From: Adineta vaga
Taxonomy: Eukaryota; Animalia; Rotifera
DNA: 64,000 nt
Assembly (NCBI GenBank): GCA_021613535.1
Contig: CP075495.1
Span: forward strand, 12,090,001-12,154,000
Direction: 5' to 3'
The position numbers and the translations under genes were made by a program. Positions 41,254 through 54,739 of this stretch are shown piece after piece. Positions within the stretch are counted from its first letter, which is position 1. Every line of letters starts with the position of its first letter. The notes beneath the pieces were generated by a model. The model had not been told where the DNA came from. It was given only the letters and a program-made list of their open reading frames with translations, and searched no databases.

Positions 41254-44200
41254 GATGTACTTAGAAATTAAATTAAATCTATAAATGAGTAATATTTAGT
41301 CGATGATATACGATATTTTGAGATCTGATTCGAATACGAAAAAAAGAACATAAAAACAGACACAAATTGAATAAATAATAAATCATAGGAGAGAGAGAGA
41401 GAAAAAACAGAAAAACAGAACGAGAGTGTACGATGTCAGATCCAAAAATCGCGCAATGATAATAATGAATTTACTCAGCTTGTCGTCGTATTTTTTCTTC
41501 TCTTTCTATCTCTCTTATTTCTTGATCATTTGATACCATTACAATATCCACACACACGCACATATATATATGTTTATATGTGCATTATTTTTCAATTTAC
41601 TTCTCATATACATACATATAAAATGTCTCGATGATTATTCGATTTTGTCTCATTCGATAAATAAAACTCTTTCAATATTTCGTTTATCATTCATTCATTC
41701 ATACTTACATTTAACGCTCGTAATTGGCGTCTGGCGATTGTCATCATAAATAAATACACTTTCTATTTTATTCATTTATCTATCGTGTTACGGTAGAAAA
41801 CGATTTGTTCGAAATCATTGTTTGATCTCGTTATGTTGTTTCTTCTAATCAAGTATAATACAAATAAACATGCTCAAGTTGCGACTCAACGGAAGTAAAC
41901 ATCTCTAATATAGGATGCAATAGAAAAGTAGGATATGTAAGCGTGCATTTATCGAGGTCACTGGAGACGATTCTCTGACATCGTCATTTTTTCGCTCGAT
42001 CAAACTCAATTTGTTGTCCAGCACAACAAATGAATGTTAGTACATAGAACGAATATAAGCGGAAAAGAACGATCGCTAACATAAACTCTTTTCTTTTCTT
42101 CTATTACGAACTACTAGTTACGAGAAAATGAGATGAATAGAATGAACGAGATGATTTTTTACTTTGTCTCTGGCTTTTTTCTTCTTTTTCTAATAAATAT
42201 ATATAGAGAGAGAGGGACAGAGAGAGAGAGAGAAGAAGAAGAGATGAAAAAAAGCAAGCTGGTAATGACCTGAAGCCATTTGCTTATGTCTAGTGCTTGA
42301 CTAACTCGACTTCTGTTATAATTATAAAATGCACACAGACATCTACATTCACTCAAAAAAAAGAAAGAAAGAAAAGAAAAGAGTAGTCCACTTATAGGAA
42401 ATGAACTGTAGCAGAAGTACTAGATTATAAATTATTAGTAAAAAAAGGAAGGTATTTTGATTCACAATGAAATATTTCACCGTAAATAATAGACAAATGT
42501 TTTATGAATGATCGTTTTATCTAAATGAATTCGCTTGTTATAATATGAACCAAATTATGACGTAGGAATGTTATTGTATATATATATAAATACAAAAGCA
42601 AAAAAGGAAAGATTTATTATTCTCTTTAATAATCATTGAATAGAAATACGAGATGATAACAGATGAAAATATGCCGAATATAATTTCTAAATGTACAGAG
42701 ATGATAGAAACAATTTCTCACTTTGTAAGTAATGAATTTGAAAGAAAATCAAATTATATTTTTCGATCATCATAGTGAAGTATTCTTTTGTTCATCTCTT
42801 AGAATAATTTGATTATTTACTATGAATCTATGAAACATAAATAAATTATTAATAATAAATAATGAGAATCTAATCTATATAGACAAAATCAATGATTTTC
42901 TTGATTAGAAATTGTATAGAAATAAAAGATGAAAAATGAAAACCTTAAAAAATCTTCCTATTAATCAAAGATCTAATCTTTCTTCTTCTTCTTCTTCTTC
43001 TTTGTTTATTAACAAATCTCAATGTAAAATAAAACTTAATTAATTATTTTTAGCTATTCTTATTAACCTATACATACCAAAAAGTAGATAGATGAATTGT
43101 AATTAAAGATTTTAATTGTAAATCATGTTAAGTATGATGTAGTTCTTCTTGATAATAATAAATATGAAGATCCGAATGAAAAGCAACGATGAGGGTATTT
43201 TGTTCTCCTTAATCATATTTTCTATCTTGATTCTCAAGAGATAAAAGCATGGCAACAGAAAAAAAAATGTTTTATTACAAAAATGTTGTTGTTATTCAAG
43301 ACATTATCACATTATTTAAAACATGTCAAAATGAATAGGCATAGAGAACAAAGAATAATAATCTTTTAGACCTGGCTTTTATCTTATATTAACAGAAACC
43401 ATTAATTGGTTATAGAGCAGAGAAGAAAAAAATGTTTGACAAGAAAATGTATAACTGAAACTTTCTTTTCTATTAAATAACTCTGATAAGATCACATTCT
43501 TTGGTAAAGTTTTGCTTGTTTATTGAATAGTTGTGGTTAGATAGACAAGTATTTTATCAAATTTCGAGATATTTGTATCACTTGTGTATAGGTGTGAAGA
43601 AATGAAAATTGAATATTACTTATATAATCTTTTATTTTTAAAATTTCGAGAAATGAAATAACTTTCTTCTCATTAAATTCAATCCTGTCTAATCGTAATA
43701 TCGATAGATGGATGTATTTTCAAATCAACATTCAATTTTTCATATATTGTAAATTAGAGTAGAGAAGTGATCTTGTTATTCATCCGCATTTATTGTTTGA
43801 CAATTTTCAATTAATCTGTTTCATTTTAGTACATTTAGATCCAGACGATAGTCGATTGAATTTTTAACTGTTCAATTTCGATATACTCTCATGCTTTCGT
43901 TTATATTCATGATTAAGACAACTAAAAACGATGTATTGAAAAAAAAACTGATCAGATCTTTAAGTTTGAAAATGTATTTGAATAGATTTCTAATTCTTTT
44001 TCACAATTTCCATCTCTTAAAATAACGAAAACCTATCTCATGTCAAATGGTAAGATGTATCTTGCCTTGAATGCTTCAAAAATATTGTTTTCACTATTCG
44101 ATAGTTTTACATATTAAAAATAAACCAAGCAAATAAATTTTTTATTTCCAATATTCATTCGTTACTATCTATTCTGCAATCCAATAAATAACTTTTCTTT

Positions 44201-47200
44201 ATGGAAAACACTACATCTATCGACTGATGAGAGTGAGAAAAAAAACCCGAAAGATAACAATCATTATTTATAAATGATAAAGGCAATTACAACAAGCAAT
44301 ACGCATGACCTGTTGTTAAATTCAATAACATAGATTTTTTTATATACGTTATATTTCTGTGAATTCATTTCTTTACATATCTTGCGAAACAAATTGATGA
44401 ATAAATTGAAATTTAGTGTATACATCATCAGTTCATGAATATTCTATTCGTAAAAAACGTTTATTTCAATCAAATATCTTGATATTCACTTGAAGAAATT
44501 CTATTCAATCAAATTCCTGTTTTTATTTCAAGGTCATTTATGTTCGTTTTGATTTCTCATTCAGTATTGATCGAAATTTTCTTTGTCTAAAAACTAGATT
44601 GCATCATCTTTCTAAGCATCGATGACCTCGATGAAATATACAGTCGTAATTCAAATCACATTTCTTCATTTTTCTTTAAACTTTATTCCGTCTTTTTCTT
44701 CGATGTATATACATTCGGTTAGGCCTTTGTCAGTATAGGCGAATCGTGCTTCACAACAACGATCATCACATGACATTCGAGAACGCGATAGGTAGAGAAA
44801 CGAAGAAAGAAAAAAAGAGAGAAAATAGAAGCTTCTCGATGCTTTGGCTCTCTTTTTTTCTTCGTTCTCTTCGTTACTAAGTTCTATTTCGACATGTTAT
44901 TCTTTCTTTTCTTTCGTTCGTCTTCATCGAGAAAAATCCAACGCGGACGGACGACAAAAAGAGAGTGAGAGAGAGAGAAAAAGAGAAATCAACGATGGGT
45001 ATATATACAGCAAACTATATTGTATTTACTACATTCACAACATCATCAAGACATCTCTTCTTTCTTTTATACATATGCCTATATCGTCCTTCTTGACGAT
45101 CACAACTATGTCTTACTGAAGTAACGACGTCGGTTTTATTCCGCGTCGATGATCGGTGAAGGTGAGTGAAGTTATATCATATTCTTTATGCGCTTTTCTA
45201 ATCATTCCACATACAGATTGTATGATGGCAGATATCGTGTTGTTTTTGTTTCTGTTTCAATTCATAGATTAGATATCTTCAAGATTGTCAAAAGACGGAA
45301 ATTAATGATCAGGTTTTTAATTTTGAGATTTTCATTCGATCGTTTTGTTCTATTACAGAAATCATTGATTGAAAAACCAATCATGGGAATGAAAAAAAGC
45401 TGAAAGATTGTTGAGTAGAAATTTGATTTTCTTTTTAAAACATGTTTCGTTCATTATTTCAGTCTCGATTTGTATTGAATTGACGATTATGTAACTAAAC
45501 AAACTTTCTTTTTCTCTTCCTTTTTTGTCCGTTTTATAGTTCGTGCTTTTTCTTTGTTCGAGCAAGTATTATTCTCTATTTACTAACTTCCTTCGATGTT
45601 CTCATGTTCGTCTCTATCGTTGATTATTTTTCTTTAGTTTATCGGAATATCCAGACATTGTATGCTGTGAAAAAGTGTCGAGTCTCATCGATTGAGAAAT
45701 GAATGATGAAAGATCATTCGATGGATTTATATTATCGTATCTCCAATGAATTTACCCAATTATGCTTTAAGCTAGCAGTGCTATAAAATGATATCTATAT
45801 AGCGGTGAGATGTATTTGTCTCTTTGCAAGATTTTTTTATCATATAGTTATACATGCTTATTACAAGAAAAGAAAAGTCGACTTTTTTTGTTGATCAAAA
45901 CAGTCTGGTAAACTAATTGAAATTTTAAATCAAGATTTCGTTCTTCTATAGAACAAGAAAAAGAAATCCTATGCAGTTATGACCTTAAGAGTCAGATCGA
46001 AATGATATATCGTCGAAATTTTTAAAATCGCGAGTATACTACTACCCAGTCATCCATATTTCAAATCAATTATTATATATCGTCGTCATTGTCCTGTAAT
46101 GAAAGCAAGATAAATTTTAAGATAATAATGAAGAATTTTTATTTTTTCGGTTTTTTTGTTTGGCATTATATGATTATACAAGGTAGAATTTTCTGTTATT
46201 CAAATCGATTGTTTATTTACATAGAAAGAAAAAAGAAAAATACATGTGTACACCTATTTGTTATGTTTTGTTTAACATCTACGAAAATAATCAAGAATGA
46301 ATGCTATGGTGGATTTCCGTGAGCTTATTTTTATTATCCTCAAGTCGATTTTACGACTTTATAGGTGAATGAATTTTTTTCCGAGAAACGAAGAAGAAAG
46401 AAGAAATTATCGTCTTCACAAAATCAATTTTCGCCAGATATATGACAAATTACAGAGAAGCAAAATAAAATTTCACATAGAATAATATTTTGGGTGGATT
46501 CGTCGTTTTCAGGGGAGCATTGATATATGTCGAATACGCAAGAAGTGGGCAGCCAAAAGCCTAGACGAGTCGTAGTTAGACTCTCTAAGTGCAGCAATAT
46601 ATGTATATGTTCGTAATATCCGTCCTGTCGAGTGGAAGTATTACAGATAAAAAATATTACATCAAACATAAAAATTAAACCGTAAGCCATTTATGCATTA
46701 TTTAAAATACATTCATTTTCAAGGACAGCAGATGATTGCCATTCTATGATCATGCTGAATTAAAATTAGATAAGAAGAAGAAAAAAATCGAAATCGTTCC
46801 TTTTATTTATCCAAATCAACAATTTTCATTTCAAAGAGTCATAAGAAAAAAAGTACATTGAATGATTTATCTACTAATCCATGGTTCGTTTATATTAGTT
46901 ACGATTTTTTATTATGTAAGTTCCTTTTAATGAAAGAATCGATTGACATTTTTGTTCTTCTACGTTATATCTTTAGTTTTCTTATTCTTCAGTTTAATGA
47001 AAAAAAAAACAAGATGAGAAACATGTTCTCATTCTTCAGAGAACGCCAAAAAATATTCACTACCATTCCAAAAGAAGTTTTTCTCCGATGGAAATTTGAA
47101 TGTGTTTGCGTGAATTTCTTCTCTCTTCATCAATTTAATGTTAAAAAGAAGTTACCAAGATATTCTAAGACAACAGATAAAATAAAAATGAATTTTTCTC

Positions 47201-48597
47201 TTATCTTGAGCAAGATATCGTTATGTTCCGTGTTATATGATTATTGATGTTAATATGTTATAATTGATTTGATATATTAGTGAAGATATTTTTCTTTTAT
47301 GAAATCATAAGTTCCTGGTATTGTTTTTTGTCTTTGATCATGTTTAATGGTTATATTTTTTACGATGATAATGAAGATTTTGTCTTAAAGAAAAAAGAAA
47401 CACACGAGAATTTTATTTACTTTCATTATAAATCAATTTATTACGAAAAGAAAACACATACATACACACAGAGTATCATAAGGGTAAGATTTAGTATTAG
47501 TTTTTAGGTTTAGGTTGTTAATAATTAGAAAACAAAGAATATCGACAGTTTTATTCAATATGATGATCTAGCTGGTATATGAATTAGTGCCATAGTATTT
47601 GCGCTTTGTATCGACAAGACAACGAGTGGTTTAGTTAACAAAATTTTGTCCGTTTTTTTGTTTATTCCAATGCATTTGTTAATGATAAAATCAAGGAAAA
47701 TTTTCGTTAATTATTATTTAATAATTTGAATTTTGTGGAAGAAAATCGATGGAATTAAGTTAGATTACAGATATAATTGAATATTAAGTTTTTATATGCA
47801 ATGATCTTGTCTTTGTTTGTAATTATTCATTCGTTATTATTATTATTACTATTATATCATCATCAGTCTATTGAAATCATCTTTTGGCTTTTGCAAAAAA
47901 AAGAAAAGATTAGCTTTACATGAAAGGTTTTTCTACGAATGCAACATATACAAGACAGAAGTGTAGATATGTAAGTGATCCATAAAATAATTAGATTCAA
48001 TATTATTGTAGTTATTTCTAGAGATCGAGTATAGCAATTCCAATGATTTATTGAATATCAAGAAATCTTACTATATTCTATCAGCATTCTCTATTCATAT
48101 GACTCTCTAAAATATATCCATGTATTAGTTGCTTTTCTAAATCCAGTCATTTTTTGAAAAAAAAAACAACAACAATCTATGTCTTTCGCATCACTGTTCG
48201 TTTCCTTTCCATTCTTTTTTGAGACTACTGTCTGACATCAGCTATAAATGCATTTGAAAAAATTCGACATTGTCAAAACAACAAGAAAATTTTCATTAAA
48301 ATGCTTGATGAATGATGACGTTATTTTATTCAGTAGTCAAAAGAATAGATCGGACGACAGTGAAAGTTTTCAAACATTTATCCAATGATCAACGGCGATA
48401 TTAACCTTCGATAATATCTTTTTTTTTGTATAATGTTTTTTTTTGCTATATCAAAATAAAAATGTCTTAAAAAATAAAGTCACGTCTTTTGATATATGAA
48501 TGCATTAATATCGTATCATCTGTTTCTAATGTTATCATTAGCTCGATCATGGAAATATGTAAGTGAAAAACAAGATCACATTCCAGTTTCATCTAGT

Positions 48598-48940
48598 ATG
48601 GCGCCGAGATTGTATGTCATCTGTATCGTTTTAATGCTGGTTTTATGTCAAGCATCAGGTAAGATTTTGTCGAATAGGAACAAAGGATAGATTCTTTTTT
48701 TTTCAAATTAGTTGTTCATAATCGAAGTGTCAAATGCGACAATCCAGTCAATTGTTTAGCTGATCCATGTAGAGGAGCAACGTGCAAGAATTATCCTACT
48801 GCTATTTGCCGGTAAAACTTGAAAGAAATTGAAAGATATAATATCGAATCTTATGTTTTTTTAGTGCGAATTATTGTGGTGGATGTAACAAAGATTTTTA
48901 TGTTGGGTGTAAAAGAGTTGATTGTGGAAATGATACATAA
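48598..48940 (+). CDS. Small secreted Cys-rich peptide, single module, paralog of 37679-38416
   Basis: Three exons give MAPRLYVICIVLMLVLCQASVVHNRSVKCDNPVNCLADPCRGATCKNYPTAICRANYCGGCKQDFYVGCKRVDCGNDT*; AATAAA about 45 nt downstream. Confidence 0.85.
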
Positions 48941-49756
48941 ACGGGTTGGGAACTAGGTTTTCATTATATATTGATACAATCGAATAAAATGAAATAAAAA
49001 TCTTGAAAAAATAAATGAGATTGTAATTTGTCGACATCTATTTGTATTGAATGCGAATTCTGATTTATGTCACAACGTTATTTTTCTAATTTGCTTGACA
49101 AGACAACATTATGATTAAGTTTCATAAAGGTGCCCTGTCATCATGACAAGTAGGTATTTTTTTCTTTCTTTCTCTCGATCGATTTCTGTTGAATGTAAAA
49201 ACCTGTCGAAAAGAATTGTTTCATCGAAACATTTTCTCTCACAATTATCATTGATATATTTAGATGTACTTTGGCTTGTCAAGTGCGTTAAGTATATATT
49301 GAGATGATGTATTTAGAAACTTATTATAACTGTAGACAAAATTCATCAGTTTTTATATATCAAAAGAAAGAAATATGTTTCTTGAGAACAGATATAATGC
49401 GTAGTTCTTCATTGTCTTATTTTTATTATATCGAAAAAATGACGATAACTGTCAACGTACTGATTAAAGTCCATTGAGAATAACGACGTAAATACTATTT
49501 TGAGAATATACATTTTGCCCATAGAAAAAAAACATCATATTGATTGGTACTACATCATACCGAAAAATTGAATGCAATATTTACCTTTCTTTTCTTTTTC
49601 TCCTTCACTTTTTTTGTTATTGTTATCTAACTCATAATAGCAATCGATTATATCATTCGTTTGCCTTTGATTCTCTTGTTCGACGTACTCACAAATATCA
49701 GTTGAGATCAAATCACGTCTCAATCAATCTATAGTTTTCTATACAGGTAAATCAAA

Positions 49757-51667
49757 ATGAGCCAGAACGGTACAAATCGCATGTCGAAAGGATCATCGTT
49801 TCAACAGCGACGAACCCAGAGTATCGACGAATATTCGTTGAAAATGCTGAATCATGAAGTTTTTGAAGAAAATGAACAAAATTCGAATAAAAAAAACTTC
49901 GATGGTAGTTGTGAGACAATAGACGAAAGCAATGATAACTATGAATATAACACATTATCAAGAACAAATAGTCGAAAACCATGGAATACACGCTGGTAAG
50001 TATCTTCGACTTATCAATGAGAATCTTTGAAAAAAAGAGTGACTAAAAAGGAATGAAAATTATTTATGTTTTAGTCGAATGTTTAAACGTTCACGATCTG
50101 GTTTTGCTCCATCACCGCATTGTAATTTTGGACCAAAAGCAACACTTAAGAAAATACAAAACAATAATCAACTTATGTAAATATCTTTTCTATTTCTTAT
50201 CGCTCATATGTATTTTCTCTTGATTTCCATAGTATTATTCAAGATCCATCTTCTCAACGTCTTCAATGGATTACTCCACCAACACAAATTCTTATTATTC
50301 GTAAACCAGGTAACTCAACAGTGCCAGAATTCCGTCAACTTGTATTGAATCTATCAGAAGTAATGAAGGCTTTCTTTCCAAAGTCTTACAATCTATATAG
50401 AAAAACCTTTTCCTATCTAGCGTAATTTAATTGTTTATATTGAATTATCTGATCAGATGTTTTTACCTTTGGATGTAGCTGATTCTGGAACAAAACAGCT
50501 CGTTGAACACTGTAAAGTTTTTGATAAAGGTATTGATTAATTTTGATTATTGATGAAAAATTTTGTTTTTCTTTCGATACAAATCTAGAAAATGATATAG
50601 CAGATATTGATTTAGCAATATGTTTGGGTGGTGATGGCACATTATTACATGCGTCTAGTTTATTTCAAAAAAGTTGCCCACCAATCTTATCATTTTCTTT
50701 GGGTTCATTGGGATTTTTAACTCCATTTGATTTTAAGTTTCATGACAAAATATTAAATGAAGTTCTATCTGGTAATGTAGCTGTTCTCTTACGAACACGT
50801 TTAAGTTGTGTTATTGAAAAAGATGCGTCAGATACAAATGTAGTACCTTCTACAGCTGATGTTACTCTACGTCCAAATGATAAAATAACGTTGGATAATG
50901 ATCATGGTAAAACGTATCTCACGTTAAATGAAGTAGTAATTGATCGTGGTCCGAATTCGTATTTATCAAATTTGGATTTATATATTAATGATAGATTTAT
51001 TACGAAAGTTCAAGGCGATGGTAAGTTAATTTTCGAATAATTCATCTTTATATTCATTCATCGCTATGAATAGGATTGATTGTTTCTACTCCTACTGGTT
51101 CGACAGCTTATGGAATGGCTGGTATGTTTTGATTTCTTTCTAAACGATTATTTATTTAAAAAAATATATCATTCTAGCTGGTGCTTCGATGGTTCATCCA
51201 AATGTTCCTGCAATGATCGTTTGTCCTATATGTCCACATTCTTTATCTTTTCGTCCGATTGTTGTACCTGCTGGCATTGAACTTGATGTCAGAGTATCCG
51301 AAGATAGTCGTTTAACTGCATGGCTTTCAGTTGATGGACGAAATCGACTTGAATTACATCAATCTGATAGGTAAAATTCGTTGTTTTTAATGAAAAAGAA
51401 CATATCTTAGATGATTTCTTTGATATTTTTAGTGTGAAAATTACAACAAGTGTTTATCCAATGCCATGCATATGTCGATTCGATCAATTAGGTGATTGGT
51501 TTGAAAATTTAGCAACAATACTTCATTGGAATTTACGTAAACCACAATCAAGTCTTGATACTGATCTAGATCTTCAACTTGATGAAGAAACACAAACAGC
51601 CAAAGATGATAATAAGGATCTTTTGTTTATGTCATCAAAAAATTCATCACTTGAAACAGAATTATAA
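49757..51667 (+). CDS. NADK: NAD+ kinase
   Basis: FGPKA, IQDPSSQRLQW, CLGGDGTLLHAS, SLGSLGFLTPF, LNEVVIDRGP, VQGDGLIVSTPTGSTAY, PICPHSLSFRP, LHWNLRKPQ; multi-exon. Confidence 0.95.
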
Positions 51668-51815
51668 CGACATCAATAATAAGAAAAAACATGATAATGA
51701 GAAAACTGTTTTTCTTTCTGTGAATATCTGTTTTCTTCCTTTTGATAATTAACAATAAACTTCATTTTCAATCAAAATACTAGAAAAATCCAAACAACTA
51801 TTTCTTATCAAAATC

Positions 51816-52862
51816 TTATTTAATATGTATCATTGGTAAAAACATTGTTCCAAACCAATGTATATAAATGAATATGCATAATTGTAATGTTGTTAATTCA
51901 AAAAATGATGACACTATATAAGGTAAATGAACAAGTAATAGAAGACAAGTGATAATGAATAGAATATAAGAATTTAATGGTTGTTTTAGACATGATTTTG
52001 GTTTTATGGGTGGTGTATGAATTAATGAACATGTTGAAAGTTCATCGAATAAAAACAAAGATTCATGTTGACCAATTTTATATGAAATTGAATGATGTAA
52101 ATCATGTGGATATGAAGATAAACATGTCTAAAAATTAGAAATGAATCAAATAGAATCTATTGAGTATTTTCAGTTTTTTTTAATATTTACTTTATTATTT
52201 GTTGATTGTTCTAAATGAAAATTAAATACTGTTTTAACAAGATTAGTTAATTCGGTCATATCTTGATGATGTTCATAATTATCATAGGATGAGAAATTTT
52301 CTTTTTTATTATAATAATATAAAATTAATGGCCAACATAGATGAATACAACTTAAAATCAATGAGATAAGCATTGGAAGACAGTACATACTGAAATAAAG
52401 TATGGGTAAAATCCACCATGGAACATCTTGAGTTAATCTTCGATAAGGTAAATAATCAAGATGATGATAAGGTGAATTTAACCATAATAACGGTGAATAA
52501 GCAATTATTGGTATTAACCAAATAAAACAAATAAAAATTCGTTGAAATGAACGAGTTGTTATTAATAAAAGAAGAGAATATAATTGTACAGTATCAATAA
52601 TATGAAAAGTAAATGACCATAAACGCCATGCAAAGGATTCTGCTGACCAAATCGTACGAAAATAGAAAAATGGTATTAACCATACGGATACAAATAAGGA
52701 TGAAAATGAATAATTTATTAATATTAAACGAATCTTTCGTATTTGTTTTGTTTGTGGATAAATAATTAAATAAAGAATATGTAAAATATTGACAATAAAG
52801 ATTAATAAAAGAAGAAGTGTTACTAAACAAAATTCAATTGATATTGTTCGTAAATTAAACAT
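51816..52862 (-). CDS. Divergent 7TM (GPCR-like) membrane protein
   Basis: Two exons (52862-52191, 52127-51816) in frame; about seven hydrophobic segments, W in a TM4-like helix, long loop between TM5 and TM6, HLPY in a TM6-like helix. No DRY or NPxxY. Confidence 0.6.
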
Positions 52863-54076
52863 GATAGTTTATTGAACTGAAAAGACTAATAAGAAATGAT
52901 TTCATATTTCAGGACATTAATGAACACATCTGGTCTTAATCGGTATGATCAATGTTCATTGTGATAGATATGACCTGTACAATGGTATAGCTTACTCCGT
53001 TAACCTTTTTCTTCTTCTTCTTCTTCTCTTGTGTATGTGTATGTGTGTGTGTGACAGAAACAATAATACACAGACGATAAGATAATCATATCATTGTGTT
53101 ATGAAACATTGATGAGAAAGAAGTATATTGAATGATTTGAAAAAATAAACTGATAACAATGGCATCTGTTATTGTTTATATTATCAACTAGACTGACTTG
53201 TCTAGGGCCTTTTTTGTCGGAGATTTCTTATCATTAGAAAAAGAATAGAAATCATCGATCTTTTTCATTTCGTTTAAATTGATTAGATTTATTTGTTTAG
53301 AGAAAGAGGGAGAAAAAAAGTTGATCCTATATTTGTGATGTAATCTTTCTACGATTAACAGTATAGGAAAGGTTAAGATATATACATATATATATACATA
53401 TATGTATTGAATTTCTTTTAATAAAATATGCAATATTCAAACAACTGTTATCTGTCCGCTAATAATTCAAAGACAAACATAAGCGAAATCGATTTTTAGA
53501 TTAGTATTTGATTTTGATCAAAGAATTGAACAGAACATTAAAAACCATCGCTCGACATGAATATGTCCATAAAGTATTATCAACGGTTGAATGATAATGA
53601 TAAATAAAACTGTACATTAACCATACATATACAAAACAAATCATCAAGTTGATATTAACATTATGAAAAATTCTTCTTTTAAAATGATCATATTTATTTG
53701 ATTATATCAAATGAATAAAATCCAATACACGTAATTGATGCACTTTCAATGTTCTTCGTATTGATGACGACAATAATGACTAGAATAAGAATTTTGTTTT
53801 TTGTTAAATCATGATGAAACAAGCAGTTTCTTTATCGAATAACATAACTGAATAAACATTAAATGAGATAAAATGTCAAGTTAATGATGATATATCATTT
53901 TATGGTCTCTCTGGTCTTTTTTAAATATAGGATAAATTCGAAAAACGAGCAAAAGAGAACATATCATTTTCTTTCTAGTTAAGTTTACTTTTGTGACATT
54001 GCAAAGATAATAAAACGTATATAAAGAGAAAGATAGTTTTTGGTTAATTTTATTGTTTATCGTCGACAACAAAAAA

Positions 54077-54709
54077 ATGAGCTCTGGTGATCTTAAATTC
54101 TACTATTTCAATTTACAAGCTCGTGGTGAATTAACCCGACTTATTCTTGCAGCTGCTGGTCGATCATATGAAGATATTCGTTTTGATTTTACTCAATGGC
54201 CAGAATATAAACCAAAAATGATCTTAGGTCAATGTCCAGTTTTAGAATTAGCCGATGGAACACAACTACCTCAATCATTAACCATTGCTCGTTATATTGC
54301 ACGTGAAACAAATTTAGCTGGTTCAAATAATCTTGAATCAGCTCAAATTGATGCTGTTGTTGATACACAACGTGATATCAACGAAGCTTTTTATACTAAA
54401 GTCTTTTTCGAAAAAGACGAAGCAAAAAAAGCTGAACAATTAGAAAACTTCATCAATGATACACTTCCAAAACATGTGGAAAATTTAGGTAAATTGAAGA
54501 AAGCTTATAGTAAAAATGAAAAATATTTTGTTGGAAATCAATTATCATGGGCTGATTTATTTGTATTTCAATCGATTGGATCGTTATTGAAATCTGTACC
54601 ACAAATAAAAGGCAAATTTGGTGATCAATTTAAACCTTTGATGGATGAAATTTATGCGAATGAAAATTTAAAGAAATATTTAAACGCACGACCAGAAACA
54701 GATTTTTAA
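54077..54709 (+). CDS. Glutathione S-transferase, sigma-like class, intronless
   Basis: LKFYYFNLQARGELTRLILAAAG, WPEYKPKMILGQCPVLE, QSLTIARYIAR, LAG, YFVGNQLSWADL. Confidence 0.93.
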   Translation: MSSGDLKFYYFNLQARGELTRLILAAAGRSYEDIRFDFTQWPEYKPKMILGQCPVLELADGTQLPQSLTIARYIARETNLAGSNNLESAQIDAVVDTQRDINEAFYTKVFFEKDEAKKAEQLENFINDTLPKHVENLGKLKKAYSKNEKYFVGNQLSWADLFVFQSIGSLLKSVPQIKGKFGDQFKPLMDEIYANENLKKYLNARPETDF

Positions 54710-54739
54710 AGAATGTGCTTTTAGGATTCTTTTTTCCAA

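Noticed and set aside
46490-46650. GC-richer patch encoding GWIRRF, resembling a pogo/CENP-B HTH motif
   Set aside because: A six-residue match flanked by stops; no transposase context or TIRs.
47480-47520. ttaggtttagg telomere-like motif
   Set aside because: Only two degenerate units.
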